This document shows, in pieces, positions 11,842-27,600 of a stretch of DNA of 64,000 nt. This stretch comes from Macrostomum hystrix (taxonomy: Eukaryota > Animalia > Platyhelminthes), in contig CATNEN010000039.1 of assembly GCA_950097015.1 (NCBI GenBank), forward strand, positions 6,820,001-6,884,000. The letters are read 5' to 3'. The position numbers were made by a program, and so were the translations under genes. Every line of letters starts with the position of its first letter. The first letter of the stretch is position 1. The notes under the pieces are model-generated. The model saw only the letters and a list, made by a program, of their open reading frames with translations, searched no databases and was not told where the DNA came from.

Positions 11842-14800
11842 TTATCGGGCCTTGGTCCTGGCGCCGCTCTGGCGCAGACGCTCGAGCAGCGGAGCGGCAA
11901 TGCGCGACACAGACGGCTCCAGTTTGATTAGGCAGACTAGCAGGCCAATCTTGCGATGATTGTCAAACGGCCGGGTGTCATTTAGTACAAACGGTAGGTC
12001 ATAGTTTTGTAGATCTCTGGCTACAGAATCATGCACAGCGGCGCGCAGTCTCAACAGATGCATGCAGCGGTCCAGCTGCTCAGTTTGAATGAGGAATGCG
12101 GTCAAGCCGGCAACTCGCTGCTTTAGAACCAGATGCAGAACGAGGCCGCCAAAGTGGCGAGTAGCCTGCAGGTCCGCGTAGGCCTTGGCCTCGTCGACGG
12201 CATCGTAGACTTTGTCGCGAATGCGCACGTACTGCGGATCGTTGGGCTCGAACTGTACAGTGGCCCTGTCAAGTACGTAGGCGTATTTGCGCGACTCCGG
12301 AGCCAACAGGCGATCTAGATTCTTGGCCGAAGCGAACATGCTGGGCACCACAGTGCGCCGATGCGGCAATGGAAAGTAAGTCTGCGGATGCGGGGAAATA
12401 TATTTCTAACTGATTTACTGATTCTATCTGATTGCAAACATACACTGTAGACAGATGTGCCTATCCATGTTGGGCCAGAGATAGGAGTGGGATGAGATGG
12501 GAGAACTGGAGTGGGGTGAGATGGGAGAACTGGAGTGGGATAAGATAGGAGAACTGGAATGAGAAGAGATGAGAGAACTGGAGTGGGATAAGATGGGAGA
12601 ACTGGAGTGGGGTGAGATGGGAGAACTCGAATGGGATAAGATGGAAGAACTGGAGTGGGGTGAGATGGGAGAACTCGAATGGGATAAGATGGGAGAACTG
12701 GAGTGGGATAAGATGGGAGAACTGGAATGAGAAGAGATGGGAGAACTGGAGTGGGATAAGATGGGAGAACTGAAATGAGAAGAGATGGGAGAATTGAAAT
12801 GGGATAAGATAAGAGAAATGGAATTAGATAATATACTGGCGACTTGGCCATATTTATTAAGTAAAGAAAATTAATGCTTTGATATAAAATAAGCTTTAAT
12901 AAACTTAGCTCACCTGCAGCAGGTCTCGGCGCTCGCTGCGCATAGGTGTTCTGAGCCGGCCAGTGCTCTCCCTAATGGCTATGAATCTGTCCTGCGGTGG
13001 CACCTTATCTTTTATGCCAATGTCCACCATGATGATCTTCTGGCCGGGCGGCAGGCAGTTGCGCAGCAGATCGGTGTCGTCTCTCAGTATCCGGTTGTCC
13101 GATTTCTCAGTCCAGGCCTGTCCAGAAAATTGATGGGAAAAAGCGCATGGAGAATGTGACAGTGAACCAAAGTTAAAAAGTGTCACTGAAGCACTGTGGA
13201 AAAGTGACACTGAAGCACTGTGGAAAAGTGACACTGAAGTACAGGGGGTGACATTATAGCTGGTACAGGAGAAAACTGACATTACATGATAATAAAAGCA
13301 TCATGTCAATACGTCACGCTGTGCGTAATTTATTTCAATTTTAACAAGCCACTGTACACAGGCCTCGGATTGTCCGATTGCAAAAAATATGAAAATATCA
13401 ATTCGGACACGGTGTGAAGCCTGCCTAATAATTAAAAATTACTATTTTAATGTTGCATTGTTTAATCCTTCCAAAACAGCTCAATATAAGTAATTAAACA
13501 GGTGCTGTTTTGGTACACACCAATGCGACTGGAAATAAAATACTCGTAATTGCAAGTACTAAGAGCTGAAACTGTTTACAGGCCTCGGAGTGCCTAAACA
13601 AAGTTAGTTTATTATTACAATAAAGACACGGTGTAAAGCCTGAAGCCAAGAAAACATCTTGGCATTCACTGTTGCATTGTTTCATCCTTCCAAGACAGCT
13701 CATTGTTGCATAGTGGAGCTGCCATGGTACACACCAATGCGACCAGATGAATGATTAGCAAATAAAACAAAAAATACCTAAACAGTCGAAGCACTCTATT
13801 GCGAATGCACCAATTGTACCAAATAAGAACAGATGCACACTCCATGTACTCTCAACCAGTAGCCAATTGATGAACCTAGATACGAGTCATACTTATGACC
13901 CATTGATGAACCTAGATACGAGTCATACTTATGACCCATTGATAAACCTAGATACGAGTCATACGTATGACCCATTGATGAACCTAGATACGAGTCATGC
14001 TTATGACCCATTGATCAACCTAGATACGAGTCATACTTATGACCCATTAATGAACCTAGATACGAGTCATACTTATGACCCATTAATGAACCTAGATACG
14101 AGTCATACTTATGACCTATTGATGAACCTAGATACGAGTCATACTTATGACCCATTGATGAACCTAGATACGAGTCATACTTATGACCCATTGATGAACC
14201 TAGATACGAGTCATACTTATGACCCATTGATGAACCTAGATACGAGTCATGCTTATGACCCATTGATGAACCTAGATACGAGTCGTACCTATGACCCATT
14301 GATGAACCTATATACGAGTCATACTTATGACCCATTGATGAACCTAGATACAAGTCATGCTTATGACCCATTGATGAACCTAGATACGAGTCGTACTTAT
14401 GACCCATTGATGAACCTAGATACGAGTCGTACCTATGACTAGAGACTTCCCCATTCCAGTGGCAAGTCAGTATCAAATCAAATCCTAGAATGAATCACTC
14501 ACCTGCAGATACGGCGGCATTTGCAAAGCGTGTCTATCCAATATAGCCGCCTTGCGTAGTCGCTCCTGCAGCTGAGCCTCGGTCATCAGGCAGATGCGCT
14601 CCAACGGTGTCGAAGTAGAAGCCGCGCCAGTCGACAAAGAAGGATCGGCGGACTCAGCGGAATCGTTAGAGTCGGCCGTCCCAGAGGAGCTGGAAACGCT
14701 ACCAGATGCAGCGGCTGTAGCCTCCGTTGAAGCGGCGGCGGCTGCTTTGAGCATGACTCGCCTATCGGCCGGCTGAGCTATAGCCATAGAGCGCAATAGG

Positions 14801-14862
14801 CGATAAACTGTCGGATTGAAGAACAGATCGTCAACTGTCTTCCAGGCCAGAGAGGATGCCAT
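11842..14862 (-). CDS. MRPS22: Mitochondrial ribosomal protein S22 (mS22); exons 14862-14503, 13117-12914 and 12381-11842, 367 aa
   Basis: Motifs LQMPPYL, RFIAIRESTGRLRT...ERRDLLQ|TYFP, QFEPNDPQY and LQATRHFGG match mS22; all junctions are GT-AG phase 0. Confidence 0.88.
12480..12830. repeat. 24-bp minisatellite (GATGGGAGAACTGGAGTGGGATAA) in MRPS22 intron 2
   Basis: Tandem array. Confidence 0.93.
13350..13530 (-). ncRNA. Box H/ACA snoRNA, copy A (predicted 18S rRNA pseudouridylation guide, SNORA70-type target)
   Basis: Hairpin 1: GTCGCATTG/CAATGCAAC lower stem, CCAAAACAGC/GCTGTTTTGG upper stem, pocket GTGTGTA + AAGG. H-box ACATTA. Hairpin 2: CAGGCT/GGCCTG and TGTCCGA/TCGGACA, then ACA+3 nt. 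Sense-oriented in the host intron. Confidence 0.72.
13570..13744 (-). ncRNA. Box H/ACA snoRNA, copy B (paralogue of 13350-13530)
   Basis: Same pockets and lower stems as copy A; divergent loops and compensatory upper-stem changes (CCATGGCAGCTC/GAGCTGTCTTGG); terminal ACA 14 nt from pocket 2. The H box is imperfect (ACAGTG). Confidence 0.68.
13865..14439. repeat. 36-bp minisatellite (TTGATGAACCTAGATACGAGTCATACTTATGACCCA), about 16 copies, MRPS22 intron 1
   Basis: Tandem array. Confidence 0.97.
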
Positions 14863-14969
14863 CGCTTACCGATGTGTTTCTACGAATAACGATGACGCAA
14901 AGGATATTATGACACTGGAAATGCAAGGTTTGAAATAATTGATTATTATCAAGCCAAACGAGCAAAATT

Positions 14970-15262
14970 ATCTGGCAAATCTATGAGCTAGCAGCCAAAA
15001 GATAGAACCTAATAGACTACAGTGGGCCGCATTGACTGTACAAAGATGAGATTGGGGGGGAGATGAGAGGTGAGACAGGGAAAAGATAACAGGAGAGATG
15101 AGACACGGGAGAGATGAGACACAGGAGAGATGAGACAGAAAAGATAACAGGGGAAAGGATACAAGAGAGACGAGACAGAGGAGATGAGACAGGAAAGATC
15201 AAACAGGATACTGTAGCTTCGAGGGCCGCATCTGGCCCGCGGGCAGGAGTTAGCCGACATCT
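14970..15262. mobile_element. Degenerate hAT-like non-autonomous element with internal GAGAT/GAGAC low-complexity expansion
   Basis: Right end GGGCCGCATCTGGCCCGCGGGCAGGAGTTAGCCGACATCTG resembles hAT MITE subterminal GGCCCGCGGGC motifs; the left end is poorly preserved. Confidence 0.4.
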
Positions 15263-16538
15263 GATTAAAAGCTAAATTAGAAATTAGTTTAAGAAAAAGG
15301 TACCAATATTTGTTTTTAATGAAAAAAGCGCAAATCAGGCAGCACACAACACACAGAAAATATAATTATTTTAGAGTATTTTCTAGTCACAATCTTGCTA
15401 ACACTTGTAAAGCGTTCTGACTTCGACAAAAGAAATGATACGTTATCATAATATACATAAGTATATAAAAATATAAATATATACAAATTCCCATCCATGC
15501 AGCAGTAGTATCTACTTTTATGCTTAGTTGGTACCACAAACCAAATAAAAACCATCTCGAAAAACATACATAAGGCGGAAGAGATTCAAGCAAAAATTGC
15601 CGCCCATGCATGCCTATTGATGAGTAAATTCAATCCAAAGTGTTGGTTACTGTTCTAGCTACTTAAACAGGCGGGCAAAAAATAGTTAAAACTCTCGAAG
15701 AACACAAAACTCTTTAACACAAAAAAGATATCTTGTTAAATAAGAAATTGTTGCTCTACAGGCAAATTTCAGCAATAATAAATTAACTAAAAAGAGATCG
15801 CAGAGGAGCGGCTATGACACGACGACTGACAGATAAAAAGGCGTCTGTGAGCTACAAAAACGAAAGATCTGGTCCCGAAGCAGGTCTGCCTAGTTACTAG
15901 CGGTGAGGGTATCAGTAGTATATATACAATCATTTCATAGAACCATTTAAGGTGAAGCAAGAAATGAACACATTAGAAAAAATAAAACTACGCTGCATAA
16001 GCATAGAATTAATTGCACATGATTCATATTTCAGCAAAGAAAAACATCTACTCGTATTTCTTACCAGCTTAAAGCGATTCGTCCGATCTAGATTGTTCTA
16101 TAAAATAACCAATAGGATTAGTTTCGATTTAATTCGATTAAGAAGGCACGCGAAATGGGATTTAAGAGAAACAATGTATATCTACAGTAAAATTTGTAAA
16201 AGCAAGTTGTGAAACGATCTCTACGCGTAAGAATTGCCACTTTGATAATTAATTTCTAATTTTATCTGTCAAGATCCAAAAAAATTAGGCTTTAGCCTTC
16301 GAATGCCCCTACGCGATGTACCGGGTTCGATTCCTATTATATTCACGATTCTAGGCACGCTGAGTGAGATGGCTTAAAGCAGCTTAGAGCAGAAGCAACA
16401 AAATTGATGGCAATCTAATGACAAACAATCACTAAGGCATGCTGTGCATAACACTCTAACCAAGATGTCTAAAAATTCAAATCTTTGAAAAGCGGATTTG
16501 TTCCTAACAAAACGTCCGAAAAAACACGCCAAATCTTA

Positions 16539-20046
<3,508 letters not shown>

Positions 20047-20062
20047 CTGAAAGAGACCACAG

Positions 20063-21098
20063 CTTGTCAACTGGGTGAGGACTGAAACTACAGTCTGTCA
20101 ACTGGGTGACGATGAAACTACAGTCTGTCAACTGGGTGACGATGAAACTACAGTCTGTCAACTGGGTGACGATGAAACTACAGTCTGTCAACTGGGTGAC
20201 GATGAAACTACAGTCTGTCAACTGGGTGACGATGAAACTACAGTCTGTCAACTGGGTGACGATGAAACTACAGTCTGTCAACTAGGGGACGATGAAACTA
20301 CAGTCTATCAACTGGGTGAGGACTGAGACTACAGTCTGTCAACTGGGTGAGGACTGAGACTACAGTCTGTCAACTGGGTGAGGACTGACACTACAGTCTG
20401 TCAACTGGGTGAGGACTGAGACTACAGTCTGTCAACTGGGTGAGGACAGACTACAGTCTGTCAACTGGGTGACGATGAAACTACAGTCTGTCAACTGGGT
20501 GACGATGAAACTACAGTCTGTCAACTGGGTGAAAATGACACTACAGTCTGTCAACTGGGTGAGCACTGAGACTACAATCTGTCAACTGGGTGAAAATGAC
20601 ACTACAGTCTGTCAACTGGGTGAGGACTGAGACTACAGTCTGTCAACTGGGTGAAAATGACACTACAGTCTGTCAACTGGGTGAGGACTGAGACTACAGT
20701 CTGTCAACTGGGTGAGGACTGAGACTACAGTCTGTCAACTGGGTGAAAATGACACTACAGTCTGTCAACTGGGTGAGGACTGAGACTACAATCTGTCAAC
20801 TGGGTGAAAATGACACTACAGTCTGTCAACTGGGTGAGGACTGAGACTACAATCTGTCAACTGGGTGAAAATGACACTACAGTCTGTCAACTGGGTGAGG
20901 ACTGAGACTACAATCTGTCAACTGGGTGAAAATGACACTACAGTCTGTCAACTGGGTGACAACTGAGACTACAGTCTGTCAACTGGGTGAAAATGACACT
21001 ACAGTCTGTCAACTGGGTGAAAATGACACTACAGTCTGTCAACTGGGTGAAAATGACACTACAGTCTGTCAACTGGGTGAGGACTGAGACTACAGTCT
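20063..21098. repeat. 30/31-bp minisatellite (ACTACAGTCTGTCAACTGGGTGA+7/8 nt), about 34 copies
   Basis: Tandem array with three interspersed variants, abutting the LATS acceptor. Confidence 0.97.
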
Positions 21099-21688
21099 AC
21101 TCTCTAGCTAAAGACTGAGAATTTGAGACTAAACAAAAAACTTATAGGTAGAAAAACGAAATATCACATACAATCTAAACTTATTGAACACTCAATTGGA
21201 GAATAGAAAAAGAAATCGAATAAAAACAGGAAACGATGCAATAGAGCTTCGCACATTTTTTCAACTGGTAGCTATATTTAAAGTACACACATTAACAACA
21301 CCGTTAATTAAGATTGTTTGATCATCATAGGGGACCAAAGAACAATTTTCTAAATGGGAGCATTTTTAGTCTTCTTAGCATTTACTTTCCATTACTAGAA
21401 ACTCTAAATATTGGGACCAGGGTTAGTTAAATAACGAACGCAAGATAGGAGCCATGCATTAAAAATAGGATGTCAACATGTACTAACTAACCTGACATAT
21501 TGAAAGCTTTCTTTAATTAGTTATAGTGGTTCGAAAAATTGGGACAGCTTAAACACAACGCAAACACCGTTAGAAAAAGAATATATTTAGCTTCAGTGCC
21601 AAATAAATTCAAATACTTACAGAAAATAAAAACGAAAACTATTTTAGTTTCACGAATACGCAAAGGCGTATTCAGCAAACGTCGCGAT

Positions 21689-24600
21689 TTAAAATCGCCG
21701 AGACGACATTGGGTCGTAGCCGCCGTGACCATGACTAGCCGAGCCGCCAAGGAACATCGGCGGCGCCCCGCCAAGACCGACGCCGGAATTCGGCATCGCA
21801 GCTGGAAGGCCAGCTCGTCCGCCCATGTAGGCCGACTGTGGCGGGTGCATGGCCTGATGCGGCATGCCGACTGGCATGGGGACAACACTGGGCTGATGAT
21901 GCGACGACATTGAAGTTGGCGGCTGCGCATGCTGCATATGCCTAGTAGAGCCAGCTCCAATGACGCCAGGTGGCAGAGATGGTGTTGAAGGCATGTGAGC
22001 TCCGATTATGCTGCCCGCGGCACCGCTGCCCCCAGTCCAGGCCAGCGTTGGCCCAGTGTAATGCGTGCCGCCACCGCCTCCGCCGCCACTACCGCGCCGG
22101 CTGCTGCCGTTTGAATGCTCATTGCGCTGATGATAGTAGCGAGACTGCTGCTCCGACTCGGACGGCCTGCCGCGGCTGTTGCCAACCGAAGTTAGATTTT
22201 AAACAGTGAGGATGAGAATTAGAAAGTCTGCCTCTATAGACCACGTGTAGACAGCATACGAACGGACCGCAATTCTTTCTGAATTCGGATTTAGACAACT
22301 AAGTCTCGAATGTTATGTTCTCTCCACCATTAATCCGGCGCAGTGTTGGCAGTTGAATTTTTGTAAGGCTTTCAATTATGGGTCTGGGCTAACAAGCTGC
22401 TGTTTAAATTAATCTACATACACCACAGCAACATATTTTACTAGCATTTCGAGGGTCTGCGGGTACTGACAAATTATTCGGGTAACTTTCTGGCAATATG
22501 AAGACTTCTACATGCAAAATAACACACGAAAACATACGCAGGGTTGCCAATTGTCGGCTGATTCCATATCGTCAGGAATAGAATGCACACACTTGCTCTG
22601 AAGAGCGCAGACTGTATAAACCAGCCCCCACTATTGTCTTTGCCTTTGCATCGAATTATTCAGCAACATAAATGGATTCAAGCATAATAAGGGAGTTATT
22701 ATTTGCTTGTTTGCTTGATTTGACAGCAGTTAGCAGCTAGAATCTGTTGCTCATGATGTCCGTGCTTTTAGTAATGCCGACGAATTGGATTTATATATAA
22801 ACATCGATCAACAAGCTCTCTCTGCAGGGAAACTGCTTTGAGCACTTGACTCGAAAAGAATTAGTAGCAGCCTCTGTTTTCTCGCTTCAGCTTTCATCCT
22901 TTGACGTTGCAAACTTGTAGATAAGTTCGCGTGGCCACCAAGAGTAGCATAATGGTCAATATGTGATGCCTCAGTTCCAAAACTTCAGAGATCTCAGCGA
23001 GTGCTGCTTCGGGCCTCTTTATTCATTAGACAGTGCAAAGAGATGACAGACAGCAGCTGACTAACACATAATCAGAAAATAGACGGGCTATTAATTAAAC
23101 CAATTGAAAAGATCTGGTGCGAAAGAAAGGTCCAACGAATATCGATTACTTCATCTAGCAATTTACGCAGCAGCCATACAGCAAGAAAGTACTCACCATA
23201 GTACTTCAAATGAGGAAGTTTTTAGACTAAAAATGGATTACCTGCTAAAATATGCTATCCTTAAGTCATAAAGGGCGTTTTCATATGAAAAGGCACTTTG
23301 AATAATTTGAAAAAAATGCCTTGTGCCAAGATGGACTCGACAGTTGTTGATCATTTTGCCTGTGAAATAGCATTGCATTACCTATGCAGCTCCTGACCGC
23401 CGCCGCTCCGATAATCCCCTCGATCTCTGTCGCGATCTCGTCGAGAGCCGCTGCCGCCTGTGGCACCTGAGCTTCCTCCACCGCCGCTGCCGCCTGCCCT
23501 GTCGTCGTAGGCGGCCCGCTTGCGGTCGTCGCGTTCCCGACTAGAGTTGCGCTTCCTAGACATGCGTTCACGTTCCTCCCGCTCGCGGCGTTCGCGTGCG
23601 TCTCGCGCTTGACGTTCGCGATCGGCGCGCTCCCGTTCGACTCGCTCACGCTCGATGCGCTCTCGTTCACGTGCCGCTGCCGCAGCAGCAGCGGCGGCAG
23701 CCGCGGCGGCTTCACGTTCGCGTCGTTCTCGTTCCTCGCGCGTCTTTTTCTCCCGCTCCCAGCGCTCTCGGGCCTCTCGTTCGTGTCGCTCTCGCTCCTC
23801 CCGCTGGCGTCGCTCAGCCTCCAGGTGCTCTTTCATCCGTCTGTACTCTTCCTTTTCTCGCTCTAGGCGTCGCTTTTCTTCCACCAGGGCGCGCTCCTGT
23901 TCACGCTTCATCTGCAGCTTCTGGCGCTCCAGATCGGCCTTCTCTTTCTGCAATAAATACTGCATCTGTTCAAACTTCTCACGTGTACGCGCCTCCTCGC
24001 GCCGCTTCCACTCTTCTAGGTTGCGTCGTTCGCGTTCCAATCGAGCTTTTTCATCCTCAGCGGCTTTTTTAGCGTCGCGAGCCGCTAGTAGATGACGCAG
24101 ATCGTCATCGCGGACGCGCCCCGTGGAGTTTTCGCCACTAAGAAGAGCGTTTCTAGCGCCAGAAGGACGTCGAAGAGCGCCATCGCCACCCGATGCTCGC
24201 CTTTGGCGAGGATGCGACTCAGTCGAAGGTCGCTCGCCGATGCGATTTACAACGGCCCTGTCGCGACTGCTATTAATACGATTGCGACTATCGCTAACTC
24301 GGTCGCGACTTGTCGGTCGGCCTTGTCGGTCTCGATCACGACTGCTGTGCTGCTGGCGACGATCGCTGCCGCTTTGCAGAGCACTAGGAAAACGGTTAGC
24401 GTTGCTGTTGCCACCGCCGCTGCCCGCGCTGCGTCGTCGATCGCCAGAAACTGGCCGCGGAGGCTGTCGCTGCTTTAAACCGCCGATTGGCGAGCGAGAT
24501 CGCCCGCGGTTCGCCTGGGCTGCGACTGGTCGCGACGAATCTTTGCCTTTCTGTGCGGAAGACGAAGATGACGAAGGTAGCTTAATGACACCGGTTTTGG

Positions 24601-27600
24601 TTGAGCCGGCAGTTTTCTCATCGGTCCTTGTAGATCCAGTTCTAGAAGCAGCAGCAGATTTTCCTGTATCTGCCGGCGTTGTAGTCCTTGGAGATCCGGC
24701 TGTCGTCATTGAGGTGATCTTAGATGCGTCTGTTGGCGCCTTACCAGTCTCACCTGATGTTTTCGTCCCAGCTGATACTGTCCCATCCGCGCCAGAAGGT
24801 GCCTTCTTGGTTGTGGATGGCTCCGAAAGGGCCCGGTCAACGTAGATTGTTCGACTATGAAGGCTGGTCTTATGCAGGTTTTTTTGACACTTTTCAGCCT
24901 CCTCAGTTGTAGACATCTGGATTAGGCCGTAGCGCTTCTCGCTAGAACCCTTGGCGTTGACGACAATCTTGGCCCCTAGAACTTTGCCGTGCTTGCTAAA
25001 TAGCTGCTTGAGATCTGCGGCCTTCGTGCTGCTGTGAATGTTGCTGACCCAAAGGCTTTTGCTGTCTGCAAGAGCGAAGGATAAGCACAAATGGTTTCTC
25101 CCTTTTCAGTCGGTCTTAGTTCTGCACACTGGCCTGCCTGCTCAAGCCCATCTCCGATTACGATGCTCGGCTGAAGAAATTTTTTCAATGCTTAAGAAAC
25201 CGGCCCGCTTTGTGAGCTCGAAAAAGCTGTGACGCAACGATTTAGTCTGACTTGCTGCCAGAAACTTGCTTGAAAGGCCCACGAAGAAAGCATTGTTAGG
25301 AACTTCGGAGGCAGAAAATTGCGTCATCAGTACAATTGCCGTCCAAAGGTCTAATTTTAGATCCGTAGAGCTGGATACAGCTTGTCGAACTGCGTGTACT
25401 AATCCAGCGCTTCTTCCACTTAAAGTCTTGATCATAGAAGCAGGCAGCTATAGTAGACTTTAAACATTAATTTACGGAGGTTGCCTCGATAGGTTCGCTC
25501 GTCATCCTTAGGTGTACTTTTGTCAAGTAATAGCAATCCCACATCCATTTCCACCAATATTCATAAAGCAATATGAGCATTCAACTTAATTGTGCAGTGT
25601 AATTAAAAGACATTAAATTATTACCAAGTTAGCAAGCTGCATAAAAAACTTAAATGCAAAAAAAGTTTTTTATTTCACTGACCTTTAGAAGCGGCTAATG
25701 AAGTCTTTTCTGCGGCACCTTTACTAGACGAAGGTGAAGTCAATGTAGATCTGTAAAAAAAAATAAGAAAAAAATTGTACTAGGATTTTTTCAAAAATCT
25801 AAATAAAAAGAGAATGCACAAACCCATTCGATTTAGAAGCCGCTGTCTTATGCTGCTGACTCTTGGAAGTAGAGAGAGTTGAGAGCCGCTGCTTGGCCAA
25901 GTCTTCGTCGAGATCGTCCGTCTGTTCAACATGGACTACAATTGAGGCTTCATCAGCGGCTGCTGTTGCCGGCTTAGTGGCGGTTGCAGCCTCAGCTGCA
26001 GCTGAAGTTATTTGAAGAACTTTCTCTTCCAGTCTGTCCTCAACGTCGTTGCGGTCATTAAGACCCTTAGAAGGAGCGTCTTCGGCTGTAAGGAAAGATG
26101 AATCTTCATTGCCATTGTTTGCAGCATTTGCAGACTCGGAAAATTCTTTCTGATCATCATCTGAGGGTTGACTATCATCGCCAGCAACTTTAACAGTCGT
26201 GCGCGAAGATTTCACATCTAGAAAACACAAAGGCGCTTGTAATTGAGTAGCAAATAAAAAAGGAAAAACTTTATTTACAAAAAATAGACACTTAGTTACC
26301 AGTAGAATCGTCATGGACATCCTGAAAAGGTTTTAGTATGTTTATATGTTGCACAAAGTCCTCAATTTCACTTAAACAATGACAATCTACTTACATCGAC
26401 ATAGTCTACAACATCGGCGGAATAAATGTCAGATTCTACAGACGTTGAAGGAGCATCAGTCTTTGAATCTCCTGCTTGGATGACGTCACCGTCTGAATAG
26501 AAATAAGTAAGTATAACACAAAATCAATTTAAGCAGTTTCTTAGCACCATGCACAATATACAAGCAAATTTCTACTTACCATTGATTTCGAATGGAAATG
26601 AGGCAGCATCATCACCATTTTCTTCAATATACTAAAAAAGTTGCAATTGTTACTAGTTACTAGTTAAAAAGTTTGATACTTTAAAAAGTTAGCAACAAAA
26701 TTAGTTTTTAAACAATTGGAATGGCAAGTGTTCCACCATACACAAAACAACAAAACAACCATACAAATAATCATGTAAAAAAGCTTTTCAGTGTTATACA
26801 TACTATAATAGCATACATACACAAATTTAAAGAAAACATAGTTAAACATTATTGTAAAAAACGAAAATTATAAGCAGACTAGGATTCCAATAAAATATAT
26901 AGTGGGTGGGTGGTTGTACCCACCCCACCTCAACAAGTCTAAGACTAAGGCATTGTAAGTGCAACTGCACGACTTAAAAATTGTCTAGCCACCATAAAAG
27001 TCAATGATTTTTTCTTTAATAGAAAACAAAACGAAAATTGCAATTTAAACACTGCTTTGATACATGTTTTTATAAACATATTCAAGCCAAAAAATTATTA
27101 TTGTGTAAATAGAATTCCTTAGTGTAGGAACACTTAAAATAGCACTGTGTTTTTACTTAAAAATATAAAATATGAAAAGTAAGTATATACAAACTTTTAC
27201 AATATAATTCAATGCTAATATAATCAAATTTTTTATGAAATTCTCATATCTTAAATTGATATGTTCTACAACTGTCAATCTACAAATTTGTTTTCTTATG
27301 TTTTATTTTATTATTTAATAAGATTCTTTAATTTAGAGTTATCTAAGACTAAGAGTTGTATTATTAACTATTAGGAATTGTATCACTTACTTTTACTTAT
27401 TTTTGTTGAAAAGTACTAGGTTTATTGTTAATCAATTAACAAAATATCTAATAAATCTTTTAGAATTGCTTCTCTATATTATGTGTATATTATATTGTGT
27501 AATTTGTGTCATGTCTAATAAAAAAGTATTGATTTATAAATGTCAATTATAAATTGTCAATATGTCTATCAAAGTAATAGACAAGATTAAATATTGAGAT

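Noticed and set aside
21990-22080. Apparent frameshift in the last SAFB exon, or a separate 101-aa gene at 21689-21994
   Set aside because: The frame is continuous from the acceptor at 22175 to the stop at 21689; the ORF is the SAFB C-terminus.
25080-25520. 97-aa ORF inside a SAFB intron
   Set aside because: No homology recognised and no convincing frame-compatible splice sites.
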